Of a stretch of 64,000 nucleotides of DNA, positions 55,865-64,000 are shown in pieces (position 1 is the first letter of the stretch; every line of letters begins with the position of its first letter). Both the position numbers and the translations under genes were made by a program. The stretch spans positions 12 through 64,011 of the forward strand of contig CAYLWF010000021.1 in assembly GCA_964387505.1 (NCBI GenBank), given 5' to 3'. The stretch is from an uncultured Candidatus Saccharibacteria bacterium (lineage in GTDB: Bacteria; Patescibacteriota; Saccharimonadia; Saccharimonadales; UBA4665). The notes below the pieces were generated by a model that ran no database searches, was not told where the DNA came from, and saw only the letters and a list, made by a program, of their open reading frames with translations.

Positions 55865-56434
55865 ATGACAACTCAGTCCGATGAGCCAGATGAAGCAATT
55901 GTCGCGCGTGTTACGGGCGGTGATAGCGACGCCTATGCCGAACTCATGGCGCGGTACGAACCGAAACTGCACCGCTACGCAACCTACCTCATTCATGACC
56001 CAGCGGCTGCGCACGATGTGATGCAGGAAACATTCATCAAGGCGTACCAACACTTGCAGAGCTATAAGCCGACGTACAAGTTTTCATCGTGGTTGTACCG
56101 CATAGCTCACAACGAGGCGATGAACGCGGTGAAAAAACGTGGGTCTACAGCCGCGGAAGATATTGAAACCCTACCAGAGCTTGGCTACGAGCCGCACCTT
56201 GACGAACAGCTCGACGCTGAGATGACAAAAGTGCAGGTGCACCGCTGTCTCGCAAAACTAGAACCCAAATATCGCGAGGTCGTGCAGCTGACGTACTTTG
56301 AGCACATGCAGTATGACGAAGTGAGCGATGTGCTCCGTGTTCCAACCTCGACCGTTGGCGTCTGGCTCATGCGGGCAAAAAAGCAGCTCCGGGCAATTTG
56401 TGAACGTGCGCAGCAGAAAGGAGGCAGACAATGA
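55865..56434 (+). CDS. ECF-type sigma-70 family sigma factor
   Basis: 189 aa. It has region 2 (FSSWLYRIAHNEAMN) and a region 4 HTH (MQYDEVSDVLRVPTSTVGVWLMRAKKQLR). Confidence 0.82.
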   Translation: MTTQSDEPDEAIVARVTGGDSDAYAELMARYEPKLHRYATYLIHDPAAAHDVMQETFIKAYQHLQSYKPTYKFSSWLYRIAHNEAMNAVKKRGSTAAEDIETLPELGYEPHLDEQLDAEMTKVQVHRCLAKLEPKYREVVQLTYFEHMQYDEVSDVLRVPTSTVGVWLMRAKKQLRAICERAQQKGGRQ

Positions 56435-56907
56435 AACAAAAACATTCTGTCAGCAACACTGTTATGGCGCAAATCAAAACCGGCCAGCTACAGATGAAAC
56501 CGAGGCGCTACTACACGCTACTCACACTTGTTTCGGTTATGTCCGTGGGCCTTGCATCTCTCGTGAGCGCATATCTGTTTAGTATGCTGTTTTACTGGGT
56601 ACGCATACACACTGCCGACACGCCGGCGTGGGGCGCGCGGGCGCGCCTGAGTGAATCACTTGCGTCATTTCCGTGGTGGGCGCTTGGTCTCGCGCTGCTA
56701 CTCGTAAGTTTTACGGTCTGGCTGGTACGCCGCCACGGCCGGATGTATCGCCACCGTACTGTGACGCTCGGACTCGCCATGCTCGCTCTTTCTCTGCTCT
56801 TTGGTTTTGTGCTGTCTTACCTCAACATTGGCCGGCCGCACACGCCGCTTCGTCAGAATCAGTCTGTTCAGCACGATCGGCCAAACGCAGGCTGGCACCG
56901 CTATTAG
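56431..56907 (+). CDS. Polytopic membrane protein, candidate anti-sigma factor
   Basis: 158 aa. Its start overlaps the stop of the sigma gene by 4 nt. It has ~4 TM helices and no recognised motif. Confidence 0.45.
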   Translation: MKQKHSVSNTVMAQIKTGQLQMKPRRYYTLLTLVSVMSVGLASLVSAYLFSMLFYWVRIHTADTPAWGARARLSESLASFPWWALGLALLLVSFTVWLVRRHGRMYRHRTVTLGLAMLALSLLFGFVLSYLNIGRPHTPLRQNQSVQHDRPNAGWHRY

Positions 56908-57064
56908 ACCGCTTCCCAAATAAATCCTCTGCCCATAACGTGCCATTTTTGCCCCAAACAAACTTTTTGCTTCGCATTGTAACAACGTTACAACTTGTCA
57001 CAAAAAGTCTCTTTGGAACAGAAATCATCACGTTCAGGGCTGGAGGATTTATTTGGGAAGAGGT

Positions 57065-57457
57065 CTATTGAACGAGTTTGCCGCCTATGGACTTGACGCG
57101 GGCAAGGCCGCCGAGATCAGTGACATTTGTGTAACCGGCGTTTTTGAGCAGTCCGGCGGCTTGCGAGGAGCGGCTGCCGCTTTCACAGTAGAGGTAGATT
57201 TTTGCATCTTTTGCGGTGTCTGGTAGTTTCCCAGCTGTTATGTCTTGCAGCGGCCAGTTGATGGCGTTTTCGTAGTGGCCGAGCTTGAATTCTTCTGGTG
57301 TGCGTACATCGTACAGTTTGCCGCCTGCGGCGACATCTTTTTGCACTGTGGCAAATGTCAGTGAGGGCGCGCTGGTTTTTTCGCCCTGCTTACTAAAAAC
57401 CAGCCAGCCAAACATGACCACTAGTACTGCGACGAGCACTGCAAACCCTTTATTCAT
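57065..57457 (-). CDS. Rhodanese-domain sulfurtransferase with an N-terminal anchor
   Basis: The start is taken at ATG 57457 (MNKGFAVLVAVL..., GGAGGG RBS). The active-site loop is YCESGSRS. The longer track ORF (to 57754) is unsupported. Confidence 0.75.
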   Translation of the reverse strand: MNKGFAVLVAVLVVMFGWLVFSKQGEKTSAPSLTFATVQKDVAAGGKLYDVRTPEEFKLGHYENAINWPLQDITAGKLPDTAKDAKIYLYCESGSRSSQAAGLLKNAGYTNVTDLGGLARVKSIGGKLVQ

Positions 57458-57472
57458 ATTCCCTCCACTTGT

Positions 57473-58153
57473 GTGCGTTATTTGCTGCGTTACCTTATAA
57501 TTATACACGTGGTAAAAAGTCAGCGCTGGAATTTTCTGGTCGCAAAACTGAAGGTCTCTGCAAATGCACTTGTATGGCTCTTTAGTCACCTGCGCTACAC
57601 AGTTGCAGCCGTGCTGGCGGCGCTGTTCTTTTTTGAGTTGGTCTACTGGATGCTGAAACTGCCGGTTTTTTGGACACTCATGACTAGCCCGCATCTTTCG
57701 CTGGCAGACAAACTGCATCAGTTCGTCGGGCCGTTTACGTACCTTACTGCGCAAAACGGCTATTTCATCGCGAGCCCCATGGTCTTACTTGCCGTCATAC
57801 AGGGCGTTTCACTTACGGCGGTGGTGTATGCGGTGCGGCACCAGCCCAAACTAGACGAATCGCTGCTAGGCGAAAGTGCTGTTATAAGTTTCATTGCGCT
57901 CATAGGTTTGGGTTGTCCGGCCTGCGGCACCTCGCTCATAACGCCCATTGTCGCCCTCTTTGTGTCCGGCTCGGCGGTTGCCGTCTCGCAGGTGATTGCC
58001 CGCATACTCCTACCGCTGGCCGTCCTCATCGGTCTCTATGGTCTGTACGTCGTGGGCTTACGCGTCGCAAGCATCCGTGCCCACCACGGCCCCACCCACC
58101 TCCGCACCCACCCCCTCTCCTCCCGTTTCAAACGAACAAAAAAGAGCCGCTAA
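57473..58153 (+). CDS. Paralogue of the CxxC membrane protein 15535..16098 (GCPACGTSLI)
   Basis: It aligns with 15535..16098 at three segments: TSPHLSLADKL/TNPDMSVAQKL, GVSLTAVVYAVRHQ/GINLAVLVYSLRRK and GLGCPACGTSLITP/SSGCAACGTSLLGP. The start codon is uncertain. Confidence 0.55.
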   Translation: MRYLLRYLIIIHVVKSQRWNFLVAKLKVSANALVWLFSHLRYTVAAVLAALFFFELVYWMLKLPVFWTLMTSPHLSLADKLHQFVGPFTYLTAQNGYFIASPMVLLAVIQGVSLTAVVYAVRHQPKLDESLLGESAVISFIALIGLGCPACGTSLITPIVALFVSGSAVAVSQVIARILLPLAVLIGLYGLYVVGLRVASIRAHHGPTHLRTHPLSSRFKRTKKSR

Positions 58154-58337
58154 GGCGTGGTTTCACTTGGGATGTAATGTTTTTCCCTGTTGTTTTTACT
58201 TGGTTTCTAAAAATATTTGTCGAGTAGCAGAAAGGCTATGGGGATAATGAACTACCTCTAGTGACTTGGAAGATTTGTTGCATTCATTCAACTAGCGATG
58301 TATTGAAAAGCAAAGTTTCGTAGTCTATGTAGTACTG

Positions 58338-61175
58338 TTACTTCTTTTGCATATACTCCAGTAGCTGTCTTGAGTTAAGTTTTGAATTACCAGATTCTAA
58401 TCGTATATAAAAATCATCTGCATAGTATATAGCTTTGGTTGACTTCATGACCTCTATCACTAATAAAGTCTTTTGTAGATACTTTTCAATTTTGACAGTA
58501 AAGTATCCTGAATACTGGGCGCCTACTTTTGATTTGAAGAGGTTGTCAATCTCTTTTTTGATAGTGTCAATGCGCTGTGCTTCATTTTTATTATCGTGAA
58601 TAAGGTAATCACTTTGTTCTAGCCCGGATATCTCGTGGTTATCTTGAACACCTATTATAATATGGCCGCCCTCTGTATTCATTAATGCCGAAATAGTTTC
58701 GATGATTTTTTCTGAGATACTTTTATCCTTCGCTTTAGTCTTAAGATTGTACGACCAGCTTGCTTTCAGTTCGGTTCTTTTGTTCTCACCCACATTTATC
58801 ATGTCGGCCACATATTGAGTAAAACCCAGCTCGTTCTCCTCTTGAAAATCTGAAATAGAAACATTGGTCGTGGTTTCTGTAACCATACTAAGGTAGTATG
58901 TCTTCAGAAGACGAAATGTATCTGGGACCGTAATCAGGTTTACGTTGTATAACTTTAGTATAGCAGCAGGGGTTGAGTTTGTGTCTGCCAGCACATTTTC
59001 GTCCACTTTGTCACCAAGGATATAACTAAGGCCGGCAGATAGCTCACGTAAGTGAACTCGCGCGGTGGATAGTTCAGGTAATGTTGACATAAAATAGGAC
59101 TCGTCGGCATCGATATACGTATAACCGTACGCTTTTCGTATTTCTTCCCTTAGTAACGGTATTTGATGGGGTTCATTGTCGGTTGTCTCAGCATGAGTGA
59201 GGATTTTGAGCCAGCTTAGATATACTCTAAAACGTGCTGAGTTTCTTTTAGATGACGAACCGACAAGACGATAATTTTGTACGATTAGCTCAGTAATCTC
59301 CAGTTTGTCGCTAAGGGTAGTAGCTAGGTTTAGTCCATGTATGAGAGATTTTGCAGCATTTAAAGCTAAAGTTTTTCTTGCAGCCCAGGTAAAGTTGCGC
59401 TCGTCTGCAAACGATATGTACTCATGGGATATCGACTCTTGCTCATCGTAATTATCCCAAAAAGCCTTTAGGGAGGATGAGCTAATAGTTTTCCACATAA
59501 GATATTCAGTATAGTCCTCGTAGTATTTTTCGTTTGGTTTACCTCCATTGCTTCGTTTGGCCGATTTTGCAAGCTGCAAATTCAGAGCCGCCTTATCTTT
59601 GCTCGTAGTCAGCGGACTTCGAATTTTTTGAATGATGTATCTGTGCAAAAGGTATTCTTGACGTGATTTGGATATATGTAGATTCTTTCTTGCTAGAAAG
59701 TACTCTAAGCTCTCGTCTTCGAAAGTATGACCTTCGAGCATAAGTAGTAATATTGCCTCTTCAATCGCGGCATAATAATCATACTGGTTAAGTCGGCGGT
59801 TGAGTTTGCCTTTTTTCCGTAGATGCTCTTGTATATCTTTAACACGGGTCATGTATCTCGTTGGCCACTGGGACATGATGGAGCTTGCCATGTATCCACT
59901 CAACCGCTGAGAATAATAAGGTTTTAGTCCGTCTAGGCGATTTTTCTGCAAATGCAAATTGGTTTTCGTAAGGATAATTTCATAATCTTTTTCAGTCGAA
60001 GTTAATGATGCAGAGTAAAGCTCCATGGCCTCATGGTAGTGGCGTAACTTAAATGCGGCTTTTGCTTGGTGTGTGAGGAGTTTAGATTGAACGATATTAG
60101 TCCGTGGATCATTGCTTGCTTTTAAACGCTCGTACTCCGCCTGTAGCCTTTTTTCAATGTCATTCGGGTTGTCGAATGGTTTATTGTTGATGCGTTCCAA
60201 GAAGTTTGCTTCGATGTTTTTGCGAATAAGTTTATCTTTGACTAGTTTTGATAGCAGGGTTTTGAGAATAGTCTGGCTAGGCCGGATTTTGATGCTGGAT
60301 TTATTTTCTGCTTCAACAAATATTTCAAAAAGAACGTTCCATCTGTCAACAATATCCATTGAGTCGATTTGAGTAATAGTGTATTTGTCGAAGATTGTTT
60401 GAACATTGTTTTCTGTAACCTTTTGTACATAATCGAACGTTCGAAGACCGGCGGTGAGAGCGCCTGATTCTGCAAGTTCATAAAGTGCGTCGTCCCACCA
60501 ATCTCCTGCCAGTATTTTTCCCATTTCGGAAGCCACTCTTTCTTCTGGTAGGATGTAAAGATTGTTTATGTTTTCTTTTATCGCTTCAAGTGTTTCGGGC
60601 TCTATGTTGAACCCGAGTTGACTTACAAACCTGTATGCTCGAATGATTCTAAGTGGGTCTTCTCTAAATTTGATGTTTGCGTCACCGACTATTCTGATAA
60701 TTTTTGACCGTAAATCTTTAGTTCCTTCGTATGGATCAACGAATTCATCTCTAGATAAAGCCATGGCATTTATTGTGAAGTCACGCCTTGAGAGGTCACC
60801 GTCTATGTCGGCTACGGCCTGAACCTTTGGCTTTCTTGAGCCAGAACTATAACTTTCTGATCGGTAACTTGTAATCTGTATGTCATATGCGCCTATTTTT
60901 GCAGCAATCGTCCCGAACTTTTTTCCTATCGTAAGAGGTTTGATGTTGTTCTCTGAAAGTTTTTTTTCGATTGACTCAACGTTTTCAGGGGTAGCAAAAT
61001 CAAAGTCGATAGTTTTTATGCCGAGAAGGGCGTTGCGTACCGCGCCGCCGACAAGGTAAACTTCGTCAAAAAGAGTGTCGATCAGAAGGAGCACGGGCTT
61101 CTCTTTGGAGATATCACTTAGCCTTGAGATACTTCTGTGTATCGTATTTGAGCTAGTATTTTTGTCCCCGATCAC
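58338..61175 (-). CDS. Fusion protein: CCA-adding/poly(A)-polymerase-type nucleotidyltransferase, ~550-aa helical region, C-terminal AlbA_2/Schlafen-type domain
   Basis: 945 aa with a GTG start after an AAAGGAG RBS. N-terminal motifs are VGGAVRNALLG, IDFDFAT, RRDFTINAMA and EDPLRIIRAYRF. The C-terminus has RTELKASW...ALMNTEGGHIIIGVQDN. It is strongly AT-rich. Confidence 0.7.
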   Translation of the reverse strand: MIGDKNTSSNTIHRSISRLSDISKEKPVLLLIDTLFDEVYLVGGAVRNALLGIKTIDFDFATPENVESIEKKLSENNIKPLTIGKKFGTIAAKIGAYDIQITSYRSESYSSGSRKPKVQAVADIDGDLSRRDFTINAMALSRDEFVDPYEGTKDLRSKIIRIVGDANIKFREDPLRIIRAYRFVSQLGFNIEPETLEAIKENINNLYILPEERVASEMGKILAGDWWDDALYELAESGALTAGLRTFDYVQKVTENNVQTIFDKYTITQIDSMDIVDRWNVLFEIFVEAENKSSIKIRPSQTILKTLLSKLVKDKLIRKNIEANFLERINNKPFDNPNDIEKRLQAEYERLKASNDPRTNIVQSKLLTHQAKAAFKLRHYHEAMELYSASLTSTEKDYEIILTKTNLHLQKNRLDGLKPYYSQRLSGYMASSIMSQWPTRYMTRVKDIQEHLRKKGKLNRRLNQYDYYAAIEEAILLLMLEGHTFEDESLEYFLARKNLHISKSRQEYLLHRYIIQKIRSPLTTSKDKAALNLQLAKSAKRSNGGKPNEKYYEDYTEYLMWKTISSSSLKAFWDNYDEQESISHEYISFADERNFTWAARKTLALNAAKSLIHGLNLATTLSDKLEITELIVQNYRLVGSSSKRNSARFRVYLSWLKILTHAETTDNEPHQIPLLREEIRKAYGYTYIDADESYFMSTLPELSTARVHLRELSAGLSYILGDKVDENVLADTNSTPAAILKLYNVNLITVPDTFRLLKTYYLSMVTETTTNVSISDFQEENELGFTQYVADMINVGENKRTELKASWSYNLKTKAKDKSISEKIIETISALMNTEGGHIIIGVQDNHEISGLEQSDYLIHDNKNEAQRIDTIKKEIDNLFKSKVGAQYSGYFTVKIEKYLQKTLLVIEVMKSTKAIYYADDFYIRLESGNSKLNSRQLLEYMQKK

Positions 61176-61179
61176 TCCT

Positions 61180-62265
61180 TTATCTCTCTTCTCGCCAGAT
61201 TATCGATCGGTTTTTCTGTGACGTATGTCTTGGCTCCATGCGTTTGAGGAGCTTGTCGAAGTCGCTTTCAAATACTCTGTCTTGGATGATTCGATAGCGT
61301 TCAAACTGGGTTTCGGCATGTAGTTTGGCCTGTTCGTGACTGATTTTTCCTGCACCCACGAGTATTTCACGGTCGTTGAATTCTATGAATGTATCGAGCC
61401 TGTTTGCCCAATCTTCCATGGTCATGGGTATGTTACGTTCGGCCTGAAGTTCTGCATAGTCGAGGTACATGCTGACGAGCCGGTTGAGAAAAGCAAGCTC
61501 CTCACTATTCAGATAATTCTTTGCGATGGCGACATCGTATTTTTGAATTTTCCCGTCCGGTGCCGCTTCCCATGTGGTGAGCCCCATATGTTCAATAGCC
61601 GAGCTTGCACGCTCGACGATGACTTCGGCAGCGGTATGACGATGAACCGCGTAGTGCAGCTTGTTTTGGACGGTTTTGAAAAAGTTGAGGGTGGCTGCTG
61701 CCGTTTTATCATAGTCGACACTGGTTGCATAAATGTCAGTTACCTTTTGGTAAAACACGCGCTCGCTTGCGCGGATTTCGCGGATTTTCTCAAGTTGCCG
61801 TTCAAAAAACTTCTTGTCAAACTGGTAGGCTTGTTTTAGTCGTGCGTCATCCATTGCCCAGCCCTGGATGGTATAATCTTTCACGATCTGCCGCGCCCAT
61901 GTTCGAAACTGGACAGCTCTAGCGTTTTCTACCTTGAAACCGACTGATATGACTACCTGAAGGTTGTAGTGGTCGACCAGTCGTTTGACTTCCCTCATAC
62001 CCTCTTTTTGAACTATTAAGTACTGCTTAATAGTTGCCTGATCTAGTTCGCCATCTTCGGTCAGTGACCGTATATGCTGGTTGATTGCCGAAACGCTTAC
62101 GCCGTACAGTTCGGCTATCATCTTCTGTGTCAACCAAATGTTCTCGTCCTGATAGCGCATCTCTACGCCCTCCGCACTATCTCCCGTGGCCGCTACAAAC
62201 GTCAAATATTGCGCCGCCGAAGACGGTGTTTTTTTACTGGCTTTGTTTGTGTGGGGCGTACTCAT
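61180..62265 (-). CDS. RhuM-family protein
   Basis: 361 aa. It has ENIWLTQKMIAELYGVSVSAINQHIRSL (HTH-like) and the RhuM signature HYNLQVVISVGFKVENARAVQFRTWARQIVKDY. Confidence 0.8.
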   Translation of the reverse strand: MSTPHTNKASKKTPSSAAQYLTFVAATGDSAEGVEMRYQDENIWLTQKMIAELYGVSVSAINQHIRSLTEDGELDQATIKQYLIVQKEGMREVKRLVDHYNLQVVISVGFKVENARAVQFRTWARQIVKDYTIQGWAMDDARLKQAYQFDKKFFERQLEKIREIRASERVFYQKVTDIYATSVDYDKTAAATLNFFKTVQNKLHYAVHRHTAAEVIVERASSAIEHMGLTTWEAAPDGKIQKYDVAIAKNYLNSEELAFLNRLVSMYLDYAELQAERNIPMTMEDWANRLDTFIEFNDREILVGAGKISHEQAKLHAETQFERYRIIQDRVFESDFDKLLKRMEPRHTSQKNRSIIWREER

Positions 62266-62356
62266 ATCTGTCAGTATACCACTCGGCTGATGAGGGGGTA
62301 AGGAGTGGTGGAGCTGTGGTAGTGGTGGTTTTTCTCGTAAGCGCTATACTAGAAGT

Positions 62357-63154
62357 ATGAACGTACAAAACAAAGTTATTGTGGTGACGGGAGCTGGTGG
62401 AGGGATAGGTGGTGAGTTGGTGCGAGAACTACTGCGGCGGGGCGCACAGGTGGCGGCGGTTGATTTGCGGCAAGAAGGTTTGGACGCGTTGCAAGGTGCG
62501 GTTGGCGCGTCAGAAAAACTAAGCGCGCATGCACTAGATATTACTGACCGCGAAGCGGTTGCGGCGTTGCCGGCGCAGGTTATTGCGGCACATGGGCAGG
62601 TGGATGGGCTCATCAACTGCGCAGGCATTATTCAGCCGTTTGTGAAGGCGCAAGACCTGGACTTTGCCGCCATAGAGCGGGTGATGAATATAAATTTCTA
62701 CGGCACGCTCACTATGACCAAGGCGTTTTTGCCGGAGCTGCTCCAGCGGCCAGAAGCGCATCTTGTGAATGTTTCGAGTATGGGCGGTTTCCTGCCCGTG
62801 CCCGGCCAGAGCATATACGGCGCCAGTAAAGCGGCCGTAAAACTCATGACCGAGGCGTTGTATGCGGAATTGCTGGACACGCCAGTGCGTGTGAGTGTGG
62901 TCTTCCCTGGCGGCACACAAACAGACATTACAAAAAACTCTGGGGTACAAGCACCACATGTAGATGCGGGTGCAAAAGGCTACAAAATGCTCTCTGCGGC
63001 CGAAGCGGCTCGCCTGATGGTGAATGGTATGGAAGCAAACAAACCGCAGATATTCACTGGCAGCGATTCGCGCACCATGAACAAACTCTATCGCCTCTCC
63101 CCCACTTTCGCCACTCGCCTCATCGCCAAAAAGATGAAATCCCTCCTCGGGTAA
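62357..63154 (+). CDS. Short-chain dehydrogenase/reductase (intact copy)
   Basis: 265 aa. Motifs are TGAGGGIG, NCAG, the S...YGASK catalytic triad and PG.T.T. Confidence 0.85.
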   Translation: MNVQNKVIVVTGAGGGIGGELVRELLRRGAQVAAVDLRQEGLDALQGAVGASEKLSAHALDITDREAVAALPAQVIAAHGQVDGLINCAGIIQPFVKAQDLDFAAIERVMNINFYGTLTMTKAFLPELLQRPEAHLVNVSSMGGFLPVPGQSIYGASKAAVKLMTEALYAELLDTPVRVSVVFPGGTQTDITKNSGVQAPHVDAGAKGYKMLSAAEAARLMVNGMEANKPQIFTGSDSRTMNKLYRLSPTFATRLIAKKMKSLLG

Positions 63155-63248
63155 TGTATTTGTAGACTATTCACCCGGGGTACAAGAAAAAACAGAGGTC
63201 GGTTTTACTTGGACGGACTTCATGGTCGAGCGTGATGGCGGCGTTCGG

Positions 63249-63998
63249 CTATTCGCGCTCCAACAGCCGTGCAAAAACCAAGGTGAGACCGACGCAGCAA
63301 GGTATACATAGAAATGGCAGGAGATAGAGCATGGAAGGCACGGGTGTCGACATGGCGAGCATGTTGCTGTACATGACGACCGCATTGTTGACACTGTGCG
63401 TGATGATGGCCGCCAGCAACGAGCCGGTTTTTACGTAGACGAGCGCAGCAATGATGGCCATAAAGCTGTAGCCGAGCATATATGTTGCCGAGGCGCCTTC
63501 TGTCTGGTGAATAGTGATGAACGCGTAGACCGAACTGACAAGTGCAATTCCTACTGCGTAGCGAATAAGCCACCGGGCGAACTTGGGGTATTTTGCTTGC
63601 ACAAACTGCTGTGCAATATTCGCTACTCCATCACGTATGCCGCGAAACAGCATGCCGCGAAACAGCAATTCTTCAAACAAAGGCGCGACAACGGTTGTCG
63701 TTATGATAAAAACAAGGGCTGTTTTGATGCCGGTGTTGAGCTTGAGAAGTTCGGCTGTTTCTTCGGGCGATACATGGGGGAACCCAAAAAGTGCTTCGTA
63801 CAGGTATACGACTGCAAGGTGCGCGAGTCCGCCGCCCAGTCCCCACAGCACGGTTGAGCGCAGGTTTTTCGTGCCGAGTGAAAAGTAGCGCAGCATATTT
63901 TTCTTTTTGAAAAGCGAAACAACGCCCATGAACCCAAGTGTCACTAGGCCGTAAACCATAGGCTGCAGAAGCGGACCAAAGGTATGACCAGTCCCCAT
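63249..63998 (-). CDS. CPBP-family intramembrane glutamic endopeptidase (CAAX protease-like)
   Basis: 249 aa and polytopic. Motifs are APLFEELLFRG and ITHSVNN. The start at 63998 is 2 nt from the window edge, so the true N-terminus may lie outside. Confidence 0.7.
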   Translation of the reverse strand: MGTGHTFGPLLQPMVYGLVTLGFMGVVSLFKKKNMLRYFSLGTKNLRSTVLWGLGGGLAHLAVVYLYEALFGFPHVSPEETAELLKLNTGIKTALVFIITTTVVAPLFEELLFRGMLFRGIRDGVANIAQQFVQAKYPKFARWLIRYAVGIALVSSVYAFITIHQTEGASATYMLGYSFMAIIAALVYVKTGSLLAAIITHSVNNAVVMYSNMLAMSTPVPSMLYLLPFLCIPCCVGLTLVFARLLERE

Positions 63999-64000
63999 GA

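Noticed and set aside
57458-57754. 99-aa N-terminal extension of the rhodanese ORF
   Set aside because: It would run through the divergent neighbour's start region. The internal ATG at 57457 has a GGAGGG RBS and yields a normal signal/anchor plus rhodanese domain.
1-64000. tRNA, rRNA, tmRNA and CRISPR arrays
   Set aside because: I scanned the intergenic regions for T-loop (GGTTCGAATCC-like) signatures and for regularly spaced direct repeats and found none. The only near-hit (GCATTCGAACATCGAAC around 38333..38349) lacks a cloverleaf context.

Overview
Gene-dense bacterial chromosome segment. By eye it is about 50-55% GC, with several clearly AT-richer islets. GGAGG-type RBSs and many 1-4 nt gene overlaps suggest a compact genome. 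My guess is a small-genome Gram-positive-like or Patescibacteria-type organism, but that cannot be proven from this window. The housekeeping backbone has three parts. (1) A large de novo purine cluster: purK-HAD-purE-purM-purL-[4-helix-bundle gene]-purH on the minus strand, divergent purC-purB, and purA further on. (2) pyrF-pyrE-pyrD. (3) thrC, dapF, a class IV aminotransferase, htpX, a DEAD-box helicase, a GH13 branching-type enzyme and a TerC exporter. Accessory and unusual content is listed below. (a) A truncated MmeI-like type IIG/IIL R-M gene lies at the left edge and is missing from the ORF track. A tandem MazG-like gene follows it. (b) A duplicated cell-surface module pairs a DUF4352-like anchor protein with an Ig-repeat protein ending in a Cys-rich cytochrome-b5-like domain. 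It sits next to two NOX/ferric-reductase paralogues. An ApbE plus FMN-binding pair lies nearby, and a near-identical palindrome links the two loci. (c) Two parallel ECF-sigma envelope modules each contain a paralogue of an unrecognised CxxC membrane protein, paired with a DsbA-like protein in one locus and a rhodanese in the other. (d) A 1184-aa protein consists of a tandem MutS-type ATPase. (e) An AT-rich two-gene operon encodes a RhuM-family protein and a 945-aa fusion of a CCA-type nucleotidyltransferase with a Schlafen/AlbA_2 domain. I consider this the best candidate for an undescribed defence or toxin system. (f) Fic, DUF3800 and HD-only (SpoT-like hydrolase) genes are present. (g) Small DNA elements include a MITE-like palindromic element inserted in frame in purL, a second hairpin-dense in-frame insertion in purL, an intergenic relative of the MITE, a 31-bp perfect inverted repeat between purC and purB, heptamer repeats at gene junctions, and an ~0.8 kb SDR gene duplication with one copy frameshifted, bracketing ~8.6 kb. 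I found no rRNA, tRNA or CRISPR array. All domain calls come from motif recognition by eye. No database search was run.
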